A stretch of DNA of 35,282 nt from Syntrophaceae bacterium. Its GTDB lineage: Bacteria > Desulfobacterota > Syntrophia > Syntrophales > Smithellaceae. Made by a program: the position numbers and the translations under genes. The first letter of the stretch is position 1; each line of letters opens with the position of its first letter. The notes below the pieces were generated by a model. It ran no database searches, was not told the origin of the DNA, and saw nothing but the letters and a program-made list of their open reading frames with translations. Below, one piece after another: positions 18,919 through 27,370 of the stretch. The stretch lies in contig JAFGKC010000027.1 of NCBI GenBank assembly GCA_016928765.1, positions 1-35,282 on the forward strand, in the 5' to 3' direction.

Positions 18919-19926
18919 ATGGATGAACTCCGGCACAACTTGCCAGTGCTTCTTTTGCACAACATGAATCCCGAATGGACACCCGAAGAAAAATCGGAAA
19001 GCGGACAAGATGTCGCCACGCTTGGTAACGCGTTGAATGAATTAGGACATCCCATCGAGATTGTAGCTGTTGAAGACGCGCGTCTGGCCGATCGGCTCAT
19101 TTCGTTTGACCCGCGTGATTATATTGTATTCAACTGGTGTGAAGAAATTCCCGGCATTCCGCATAGCGAGCCGGAAGTTGCCGCGGTGATGGAAAAAATG
19201 GGTTTTGTGTTCACCGGTTCTTCTCATGATGTGCTCGCTCTTTCTTACGACAAGCCGCGGGTAAAACGCGTTCTTGACGAAGCAAATATCCCGACACCGC
19301 CATGGGACGTCTTTGATACTCCTGATGTCGGAGGATGGAATATTTATCCCTCCATCGTTAAAGCGGCCAATGAACACTGTAGCATCGGCATTTCTTCTGA
19401 ATCTATTGTTACCTCTCCCGCGGAATTGGAAAATCGAGTAGCTTTCATTCTTGAATCTTACAATCAGCCCGCCCTGGTCGAGAAATTTATCAACGGACGC
19501 GAATTTCTAAGCGCGGTTTGGGGTAACGGAAAAATATCCATGCTTCCCGCCGTGGAAATGGATTACAGCGAGCTTACAGATATCCGAGACCGTCTTTTTA
19601 CTTACGAGGCCAAGTATGTTTCCGGTTCTCGTCTTTATGATAGTATTGATATGTGTGTGCCGGCGGAGTTGGAACCGGCGCCGCTGGCCGAACTGGAAAG
19701 GATAGTCCTTGCCACTTATAAGGCCACCGGCTGCAGAGACTATGGTCGCGTAGATGTCCGATATCTCAACGGGATTTTCTATGTTATTGACGTTAACCCG
19801 AATCCCGATATAAATCCGCAGACTTCCATGACCCATGCCGCGGCTGAAGCGGGATACTCTTATGGTCAAATGGGCAGTCGCATCGTTAATCTTGCCGCAG
19901 CCCGGCATCCGCTTTTCCGTAAATAA
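18919..19926 (+). CDS. D-Ala-D-Ala ligase-like ATP-grasp protein
   Basis: FTGS...DK, YPSIVK, LVEKFINGREF, TYEAKY, YGRVDVR, DVNPNP. Confidence 0.85.
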   Translation: MDELRHNLPVLLLHNMNPEWTPEEKSESGQDVATLGNALNELGHPIEIVAVEDARLADRLISFDPRDYIVFNWCEEIPGIPHSEPEVAAVMEKMGFVFTGSSHDVLALSYDKPRVKRVLDEANIPTPPWDVFDTPDVGGWNIYPSIVKAANEHCSIGISSESIVTSPAELENRVAFILESYNQPALVEKFINGREFLSAVWGNGKISMLPAVEMDYSELTDIRDRLFTYEAKYVSGSRLYDSIDMCVPAELEPAPLAELERIVLATYKATGCRDYGRVDVRYLNGIFYVIDVNPNPDINPQTSMTHAAAEAGYSYGQMGSRIVNLAAARHPLFRK

Positions 19927-20209
19927 GTATTATCATCAAAACTTCAACTACCGCCTCCAATAATTTCCTAAAAAATAATTTTTAAAAATGAAACAAAGAA
20001 AAAGATGATAATAAATTTAAAGATGTGGCCAAAAATAAGAAGCAATTCTCTTGTTCAAAAACAATATTTTTTTGATCGCGGACAAATTATATTTTACGCG
20101 AAGTGCAATTACGTTTTTTCCCTTTTAATAACGATTGACGAATTTTAAATATTGTGTAATGTAATGATAAACATATGTATTGCAGTATCTTTAAAATCAC
20201 GAGGAAATC

Positions 20210-21079
20210 ATGACCAGTAAAAATCGCGCGGCGATGACAATATTCGCTATATGTGTAGTTTTGTTCTTTTTAACCGTCTCTACGGGAATTGCAAAAGAAC
20301 TGAATTCTTCCACCCAATCGAGCCATATTCCTAAAATGCCAGTACTGCGTTCCGCCACCGCTTTGGTTGTTGACCAGGACACAGGTGAATTCATCATTCA
20401 GAAAAAAGCTAACACCATAGTGCCTATCGCTTCCATCACCAAACTGATGACTGCCATGGTCGCTCTTGACGCGGATATGGATCTTGAAGAATCAATAACC
20501 ATCGAGAGCGAGGACCTCTTCGGCCTTCGCCGCCGCATTCGCGCTATTCTGCCTGCAGGCACTGAGATTACACGCAGAGAAGCTCTTTTGCTAACACTTA
20601 TGTCTTCAGACAATCGCTGCGCCCGAGCTTTGGGACGCACATATCCGGGGGGCATGGAAGCCTTCGTCAGTGCCATGAACGAAAAAGCTCTATCTTTGGG
20701 ATTAAATGAAACACGTTTTGTAGAACCCACCGGACTTTCCAGTAATAATGTCTCTTCCGCGCGGGATTTAGTCCAATTGGTTGATGCCGCGTATCGATAT
20801 GATCTGATCAGGGAATTTACTACCTGTAAAAAAACTGTTATCGACGCAGGCCAGCACTTAAGAGAATTTTATAACACCAACCGTTTAGTGCAAAATCCCG
20901 GCTGGAATATCGGACTTTCCAAGACCGGTTTTATCAAAGCCTCGGGCCGATGCCTTGTAATGCAGGCGGAAGTGGCACAGCGTTCATTAATTATCATTCT
21001 GCTTGATTCTTACGGCAAGCTCACCCGCATCGGCGACGCTAACCGAATCAGGCAATGGTTGGAGAAAATGTCGCTTTAG
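20210..21079 (+). CDS. pbpG: D-alanyl-D-alanine endopeptidase, peptidase S11 (PBP7-like)
   Basis: PIASITKLMT (SxxK), SDN, SKTGFI...GRCLVM, TRIGDANRIRQW; signal peptide. Confidence 0.85.
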   Translation: MTSKNRAAMTIFAICVVLFFLTVSTGIAKELNSSTQSSHIPKMPVLRSATALVVDQDTGEFIIQKKANTIVPIASITKLMTAMVALDADMDLEESITIESEDLFGLRRRIRAILPAGTEITRREALLLTLMSSDNRCARALGRTYPGGMEAFVSAMNEKALSLGLNETRFVEPTGLSSNNVSSARDLVQLVDAAYRYDLIREFTTCKKTVIDAGQHLREFYNTNRLVQNPGWNIGLSKTGFIKASGRCLVMQAEVAQRSLIIILLDSYGKLTRIGDANRIRQWLEKMSL

Positions 21080-21156
21080 GTATTATTCATGCCTACTTTT
21101 CATATATTAATTAAAAAGGCTGCGTGATTTAACTTATCTCATTTATTTAATATACT

Positions 21157-21557
21157 TTAATCAAACGCAGAACTGGTTTTCCATACTTCCCAAACCTTGC
21201 CTACCAGATCGGGGCCGGGTTTGAGCGTTGGCTTACCCGGTTTCCAGCCCAATGGCGTGGCCTCGGTTCCCTTGCTGTTGCGGACATGCTGAAAGGCCTG
21301 CATCTGTCGTAAAGTTTCGCCCACGTTACGTCCTACCGGAGGAGTAAGCACTTCAAAACCCTGGATAATGCCATCGGGATCGATAAGAAATCTGCCGCGC
21401 GCCTCCACGCCCGCATCTTCCAGATAAACGCCAAAAACGGAACCGACTTTATCTCCTTTATGGCTTTTTGTTTTGTGATTTCTTTTTTATTTTCAACTTT
21501 TTCACCAACAGACCTACCTATAGTTCTGGCACATCCAGTATTGTTTTCAGCGGCTAT
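21157..21557 (-). pseudogene. prxU: prxU pseudogene with an internal deletion
   Basis: ATA in place of ATG; diverged N-terminus (GCART...EKVENKKE...AIKE) fused out of frame to [21 protein letters not shown]...SSAFD, nearly identical to 26336-26640. Confidence 0.9.
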
Positions 21558-21680
21558 AAATTATTATATTCTTACTAGTTTAACAATTTCGTTCGCCTAT
21601 TAAAGACTTATCTTCACAATCATTGTTAACAATGTTGGCTTTTCCATTTATACAATTCATAAATACACAAATCCATCCCG

Positions 21681-22985
21681 CTAAAAGTAGTAGCCTATTC
21701 GCAATTCAATGCGATAATCATTTTGTTTTTCTCCGAATTCAGAATCTCCTGCGCCTGTGATAAAACCTGCGCGAAGTCTAAGTTCCAAATTGGTAATGCC
21801 GGTGTAGAGCAACTCTGGTATGATACTGGCACTTAAGTCATCCATATTGATCATGCAGGTGAGCGACGGCGAAAAATAAAGGATGCCGAACGGTTCCTTC
21901 TGGATTAACCGAACGTACAAATAATTACGCATGGCACTGGACCTTGCGTAGCCAGATTCGGCAAGCTGCATCGCCCGGCCAAGTCCCGTCAGATCACCCG
22001 ACGTTTGATAGGCATTGAATCCACTGGAAATGAGACTGTAAAAGTTTTTCATCTCATCACGGCTGAAGCCAGCACTGTTATGATAAAACTCCATGATCGT
22101 AGTTAGATCGAATGAAGTGAGATACCTCAAGCCAACCAAAAAGCTGTGCGCCTCGTCTTCAACCTGTCTTGCCGCGCCGGCTGGGTCCATAACGGTTTTG
22201 CGATGGTTGGTAGTCCATGCGTATTCCCCGTGAATTTCAAAATTTGTGGTAAGGTTGCGGGAAAAATCAAAGCCGTAACGATTTGGACGGCTGCCGCCGG
22301 CCATAAACAACAAATCAATATCCGTATCATAAAAAAGGAAATACAGGCGGCCCGCGATGTTTAGATGGTTCGTGTTACCAAAGTCACTATTAATGTGTTC
22401 GTAAACGGGAAAAAGCACCGGCGTGAAGGAAAGAGTTTTGAGCGGTCCGCCAAAACTGCGAATGAAATCAGCAGTGGCAATAACGTAACCTTCCATCGCC
22501 TGTTCGGGATCATCCGGGTCTTTGGGCCGATCGGCAAAAGCAACGGGGTTCCAAGCGTAACCCTTACCCCATTTCAATGTCTTCTTGCCGACGTCGATTT
22601 TAACGGACGTCAGCGGTTTTGTCGACGCGTAAGCTTCGTAAAATGTGGTCTTTTCCGAACCATTTGTGTGATCGTTATATTGAAGGTCGGTGTTGAGGCG
22701 GGCAAATATCCGTAGAATGCTCTTTTCGTAGCTTCCTTCCAGCCTCACCCTGCCGTTGGCTTCCCCCAGAGTTTGCCGGTGCGAATCGTCATAAAAACGC
22801 AACTTATAAAAAGCGGCATCCGTATCCAGGCCATAAAGAACGGGCCGGGCTTCTACATAACCAGAAAATTGGTAAGGCTTCTTTTCAATTTCGGAAAGAT
22901 CGAAGGTATAATTCTCCTCGGCCAACGCCAAAAAAGGGAATGCCAAAAACAGCAAAGCCAGGAAGATTAACCCAGATCGTTTCAT
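21681..22985 (-). CDS. Predicted outer-membrane beta-barrel protein associated with the Lol-like ABC cassette
   Basis: Signal peptide, GKKTLKWGKGYAWNP, C-terminal GYYF; abuts the LolA-like gene. Confidence 0.7.
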   Translation of the reverse strand: MKRSGLIFLALLFLAFPFLALAEENYTFDLSEIEKKPYQFSGYVEARPVLYGLDTDAAFYKLRFYDDSHRQTLGEANGRVRLEGSYEKSILRIFARLNTDLQYNDHTNGSEKTTFYEAYASTKPLTSVKIDVGKKTLKWGKGYAWNPVAFADRPKDPDDPEQAMEGYVIATADFIRSFGGPLKTLSFTPVLFPVYEHINSDFGNTNHLNIAGRLYFLFYDTDIDLLFMAGGSRPNRYGFDFSRNLTTNFEIHGEYAWTTNHRKTVMDPAGAARQVEDEAHSFLVGLRYLTSFDLTTIMEFYHNSAGFSRDEMKNFYSLISSGFNAYQTSGDLTGLGRAMQLAESGYARSSAMRNYLYVRLIQKEPFGILYFSPSLTCMINMDDLSASIIPELLYTGITNLELRLRAGFITGAGDSEFGEKQNDYRIELRIGYYF

Positions 22986-23720
22986 CTAGCGCAGCGACTC
23001 CAAATTCGGCATGAAGGTAAGTGTGAATATTTCATCCTTGAACGTCCGCTTTTTTACCTTGGCCATAATCATGACAGATTTGTAACCTTTATAAAGCGGG
23101 CTGTCTGTTTCGGTGACCGCTGGCCGGACGATACCGCCGCCGAAATCCTTCACTTCTTTGAAATAAAGGGTTTTGATCAGCATATTCGCCTCGGTCAAGC
23201 ATTCAATTTTTGTCGGCAGCTTTTTCTTTTTATCCACCCAGATTTTGAGCTGATCATAGGCCACACTTTTGGTTTTGGCTTTAAGATACAGAAGATACTC
23301 GCTACTTTTTTCTTCCACCTTCGCCACATTGTATTCAGCGTTGTAATCCAGTTGCATAATGTCTGCATTATTAAATACCCCGCCCACAACCGATTGCATG
23401 CTGGTTATGCGGATGGGCTTGCCGACATTGGGAATGTTGAGCCACATGTTGTCGCCCAGGCGCAACGTGCTTCTGCCTTTTTCACTGGCCGGCGCCAGAA
23501 AGACGGAGGCCACTTTGTCAGTACCTTTTTTAACAGTAAAAAGGGTAAATTCTTTTTTCTTGCCATTCGGTTCGATATTGATTAGTTTGCGATAAGATTC
23601 GTAAGATTCCGGAGAAAGATTACGATCCACTTCTTTAAGTAAATTTGTGCCGTCCACAGCAAAAGCGTAAACCGGCAAGGCGATAGCCAGGGCAAGAACG
23701 AAATTAATTATTTTAAACAT
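22986..23720 (-). CDS. Outer membrane lipoprotein-sorting protein (LolA-like)
   Basis: Signal peptide, FLAPASEKG...NMWL...P, YDQLKIWVDK, LIKTL motifs. Confidence 0.85.
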   Translation of the reverse strand: MFKIINFVLALAIALPVYAFAVDGTNLLKEVDRNLSPESYESYRKLINIEPNGKKKEFTLFTVKKGTDKVASVFLAPASEKGRSTLRLGDNMWLNIPNVGKPIRITSMQSVVGGVFNNADIMQLDYNAEYNVAKVEEKSSEYLLYLKAKTKSVAYDQLKIWVDKKKKLPTKIECLTEANMLIKTLYFKEVKDFGGGIVRPAVTETDSPLYKGYKSVMIMAKVKKRTFKDEIFTLTFMPNLESLR

Positions 23721-23732
23721 GATGATTTTCTC

Positions 23733-24119
23733 CTATTGAATTACTTTTTTGACGGCATCGACAACAGTTCCTTTGAATGTAAGACAATTAATGTGCTTTG
23801 CTTCCATCGCTGCAATCATTTTATTGCCGAAATTACTGGCAATAATCATTGTAACACCTTTACTAGACAAGTAATCAACTACCATAATGCTTGCTCCACC
23901 GCCAGCATCCTTGTGAGGATTATTAATTTCTTCAATTAATTTTCTCTTACCGTCAAAAATGAGAAAATAATGACCTCTTGCCGCCACGGGGCTTACAATT
24001 GAAGCTACGGTATTTCCTTCCGATATAACCGCTATCTTCTGCTTATCTGCCCACGCCATGAAGAATGTGACGGTCAAAACAAAAACAACCGCAAATCCTA
24101 ACAAAAGTATTTTTCTCAT
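23733..24119 (-). CDS. NifB/NifX-family (FeMo-co binding-like) domain protein with a signal peptide
   Basis: KIAV...AARGHYFLIFD...NPH...GGGA...IASNFG; AAAGGAGG RBS before ATG 24119 (MRKILLLGFAVV). Confidence 0.75.
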   Translation of the reverse strand: MRKILLLGFAVVFVLTVTFFMAWADKQKIAVISEGNTVASIVSPVAARGHYFLIFDGKRKLIEEINNPHKDAGGGASIMVVDYLSSKGVTMIIASNFGNKMIAAMEAKHINCLTFKGTVVDAVKKVIQ

Positions 24120-24132
24120 AAAAACTCCTCCT

Positions 24133-25371
24133 TTATACATGTCGCAGCGCTTCAATCGGTTCCATCTTGGATGCCTTAATCGCGGGTTGAAGACTTGCCG
24201 CTACGGCAACCACAATAACAATGACCGGCACAAAAAGCAGATCAAAAAAGGACAGTTTTGCAGTCAGTAGCAAACCTTTTTGTTGACCGAAATCAAAACT
24301 AATGCCAATTAAGTTGACAATGCCAATAATTAAAATTCCGATCAAAACGCCGATTATTGCGCCGACCACACCCATGCAAAACCCTTCAATAATAAACATG
24401 GACCTAATTTTTCCCGGCAATGTCCCGATGGCAGCAATTGTTCCGATTTCGCGGATGCGTTCATAGACAGCCATAATCATAACGTTCATAATGCTGATGA
24501 TCACAATGGCAATGAGCATGATGCGAATGAAAAAAGTCATGACATCAATCATCCGGGCAATGTTGAAAAAAGGCGAGAGATCTTCCCACGAATGCACCTC
24601 AAACATCGGCTGTCCCTGCTTGTTGACTTCTTCCATCACTGTTCCTTTGAGTTGCCGTACAACAGCGGCAAGTTGGCTGAAATCTTTCAATCGGACAGCT
24701 ACTTCGCTTACTTCCGTTTCGGTCATGCGCAGAACCTCGGCCGCGTCTTCAATATGAACATAACCGTCTCGTCCGCCCGGGCCGGTAGCGCTCTCTAGAA
24801 TGCCCGAAACGATGAATTGCTTGCCGTTGACCGAACCATCCGCGTTGGTCGCCACTACTACGACTGGATCGCCGGGTTTCACTTTCATTCCCTTGGCCAG
24901 AAGCGCGGGAATCAAAATCTCTCCCCTTGCAAGAGTCGGCTTGCCCTCCATAATACGAGAAGGGAAAAGAGGGGCTGTTTTAAACTCTGCTTCGGGGTCA
25001 ATGCCGTTTAAACGAATGTTGGTTGTCTCGGTAAAGTTGCTGAACATTCCTCCGAACTTAAGACGGGGCGAAAAAGTTTCCACATGCTTATTCGACCTAA
25101 GTATCTGAGCTATTTTTTGATAGGCTGCCTGTTTCATATTCAGGTTCAGCGGCAGGTTGTCGATGGAAGCGACATAGCCTTTGCGATGCAACTGAAGGTG
25201 TCCCATCATGGAATCAGTAATCTGGCCGGTAATCATGGCTTTGAATGATCCGCTGATGGAAACAAAAACCAGCACAAAGACAACTCCAATCGTGATTAGG
25301 GAGGCTGTAAGCAATGTTCGCCGTTTATAGCGGATTAGATTACGTATGGCGATTTTAAAAAGATTACGCAT
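24133..25371 (-). CDS. ABC transporter permease (LolC/E, FtsX-like)
   Basis: AIRNLIRYKRRTLLT, VYERIREIGTIAAIG, PIEALRHV. Confidence 0.92.
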   Translation of the reverse strand: MRNLFKIAIRNLIRYKRRTLLTASLITIGVVFVLVFVSISGSFKAMITGQITDSMMGHLQLHRKGYVASIDNLPLNLNMKQAAYQKIAQILRSNKHVETFSPRLKFGGMFSNFTETTNIRLNGIDPEAEFKTAPLFPSRIMEGKPTLARGEILIPALLAKGMKVKPGDPVVVVATNADGSVNGKQFIVSGILESATGPGGRDGYVHIEDAAEVLRMTETEVSEVAVRLKDFSQLAAVVRQLKGTVMEEVNKQGQPMFEVHSWEDLSPFFNIARMIDVMTFFIRIMLIAIVIISIMNVMIMAVYERIREIGTIAAIGTLPGKIRSMFIIEGFCMGVVGAIIGVLIGILIIGIVNLIGISFDFGQQKGLLLTAKLSFFDLLFVPVIVIVVAVAASLQPAIKASKMEPIEALRHV

Positions 25372-26068
25372 GGGCGGAACCTCCTTTCACTTCTTTACCG
25401 GCAAGTTCTCCGTCCACCAACCGGTAGATGACTTCCGCTTCACCGACAATTTTTGTGTCGTGAGTGGAAAAAATGAAGGTGGTTCCTAGCTCGTCACGCA
25501 TTTTCTTCATTAGCCCAATCACGGTGTAGGCTGTCTGAGAATCCAAGTTGGCCGTGGGCTCATCGGCCAAGACCAGCACAGGATTGGTAACCAACGCGCG
25601 GGCAATTGCCACCCGCTGCTTCTGACCACCAGAAATTTGCTGGGGATATTTGTTCCTCTGATCGGCCATCCCGACCGCATCAAGCATTTTCACGATTCTC
25701 TCTCTGCGCTCACTAGGTTCGATATTCTGGACCATGATCAAGGGATATTCAATGTTTTCATAAACAGTCAGGACAGGGATCATATTGAAGTCCTGAAAAA
25801 TGAATCCCAGATTCTTTCCCCGGAAGGCGGCACTTTCTTTTCTAGAAAGCGGCGCTACATCGAACCCCGCGACCGTCAGTTTGCCTGTCGAGGGTTTATC
25901 CAGGCAACCGATCAAATTTAAAAGTGTTGTCTTCCCGCTTCCTGACGGCCCGACAAAAGAAACAAACGAAGCGGGGTCGATTTCAAAATCCAACCCCTGG
26001 AGGGCATGTACTATCACGTCTTCCGTCTGGTAATCCTTGTAAATGTTTACCGCCGTAATTAGTGCCAT
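25364..26068 (-). CDS. ABC transporter ATP-binding protein (LolD/MacB-like)
   Basis: GPSGSGKT, ISGGQKQRVAIARAL, LADEPTANLD, STHD. Confidence 0.95.
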   Translation of the reverse strand: MALITAVNIYKDYQTEDVIVHALQGLDFEIDPASFVSFVGPSGSGKTTLLNLIGCLDKPSTGKLTVAGFDVAPLSRKESAAFRGKNLGFIFQDFNMIPVLTVYENIEYPLIMVQNIEPSERRERIVKMLDAVGMADQRNKYPQQISGGQKQRVAIARALVTNPVLVLADEPTANLDSQTAYTVIGLMKKMRDELGTTFIFSTHDTKIVGEAEVIYRLVDGELAGKEVKGGSAHA

Positions 26069-26283
26069 TTTATTAATTCCTCTGTATATTTATGTTGTGT
26101 TGAGTTCGATTTTTTCGATCATGGTTGATGCCCGATTGGACAGCGTAAAGTTCAGAATCTTCAGTTCAGAGAACGGCTCCTCAGTTTTATATCCGCCCTG
26201 AAATAGGCAAACAAAACGAAAACTATTAGCAAAATAGAAATAGGGAAAATGCGCCGCATGAAAATTCCTGAACAAAAATATTA

Positions 26284-26317
26284 CGGCGGGCAACCTCATA
26301 AAAAAAGCCGCCCGCCG
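26284..26317 (-). terminator. Hairpin downstream of prxU (probable terminator)
   Basis: CGGCGGGC...GCCCGCCG stem, extendable by G-U pairs, followed by TAATATTTTTG; the U-tract is imperfect. Confidence 0.55.
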
Positions 26318-26335
26318 GTTATTTGTTAAAGAAGA

Positions 26336-27061
26336 TCAGTCGTCAAAGGCTGAACTGGTTTTCCAAACTTCCCAAACCTTGCCTACCAGATCGGGGCCTG
26401 GTTTGAGCGTCGGTTTGCCCGGCTTCCAGCCCGATGGCGTGGCCTCGGTTCCCTTGCTGTTGCGCACATGCTGAAAGGCCTGAAGTTGACGTAAAGTTTC
26501 AGCCACGTTACGTCCTACCGGCGGGGTAAGCACTTCAAAGCCCTGGATGATGCCATCGGGATCAATAAGAAATCTGCCGCGCGCTTCCACGCCCGCATCT
26601 TCCAGATATACGCCGAAGACGGAACCAACTTTTCCTCCGCCATCGGAAAGCATCGGGAAAGGAATGCCGCCTTTGACCATTTTAGAAAGTTCATGTTCGT
26701 CCCACATTTTGTGGACAAAAACACTATCCACGCTCATGGATAATACTTCCACTCCAAGTTTCTGGAACTCCGGATATTTTTCGGCGACCGCCGAAATTTC
26801 CGTTGCTCAGACAAAAGTGAAATCGCCAGGATAGAAGCAAAGGCTCACCCATTTGCCAAGATAATCGGAAAGTTTTATATTGATAAATTTACCTTTATGA
26901 TAAGCCGGGGCGGTAAAATCCGGCGCCTTTTTGCCAACGGTTACCATAGTTCTCACCTCCTTGATGGCTTCTTGTTTGGGGGTTTCTTTTTTATTGTCAA
27001 CTTTTTCTCCGACCGGACCGCCCGTAGGCCTGGCGCACCCGGCCTTGATTTCCTCAGCCAT
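26336..27061 (-). CDS. prxU: Selenocysteine-containing peroxiredoxin PrxU (241 aa, Sec85)
   Basis: [10 protein letters not shown](TGA 26809-26807)-ATE joins track ORFs 26807..27061 and 26336..26752; AhpC-type [14 protein letters not shown]. Confidence 0.95.
26779..26796 (-). promoter_or_regulatory. SECIS-like hairpin of prxU
   Basis: TTTCGGC-GGTC-GCCGAAA starting 10 nt after the TGA. Confidence 0.85.
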
Positions 27062-27133
27062 AAAGAATCCTCCTTTCTTCCCCGAATGTTCTTTTAAATA
27101 CTTTCCTTTCTCCTGTTATAAAACATTTTAATC

Positions 27134-27370
27134 TTAATTCGCCTGATTTCTTTCTGTTATAACATCATTGATCTCCCGCATAAGACTACTCAAATCAAAC
27201 GAATACTTTTGGGAAATTTCTTCAATCGTATCGAATAAACAGTTGCAGCATAGACAAACTCCCGCCAAATCATCATATCGGCGGAATACGGCGTCTGTGG
27301 TCGGCCATTTTGAAACGATATCCAGCAATGTTGCATCGGCTGTGACAGTCGCATTAATGGATGAGTTCAT
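27134..27370 (-). CDS. Small Cys-rich protein (DUF1858/ScdA-N-like)
   Basis: TLLDIVSKWPTTDAVF...CLCCNCLFDTIEE; abuts the CoADR-RHD stop. Confidence 0.65.
   Translation of the reverse strand: MNSSINATVTADATLLDIVSKWPTTDAVFRRYDDLAGVCLCCNCLFDTIEEISQKYSFDLSSLMREINDVITERNQAN

Noticed and set aside
26090-26299. 69-aa ORF or riboswitch between prxU and the ABC ATPase
   Set aside because: The ORF starts inside the terminator hairpin and has no recognisable motif; I could not match a riboswitch consensus by eye.
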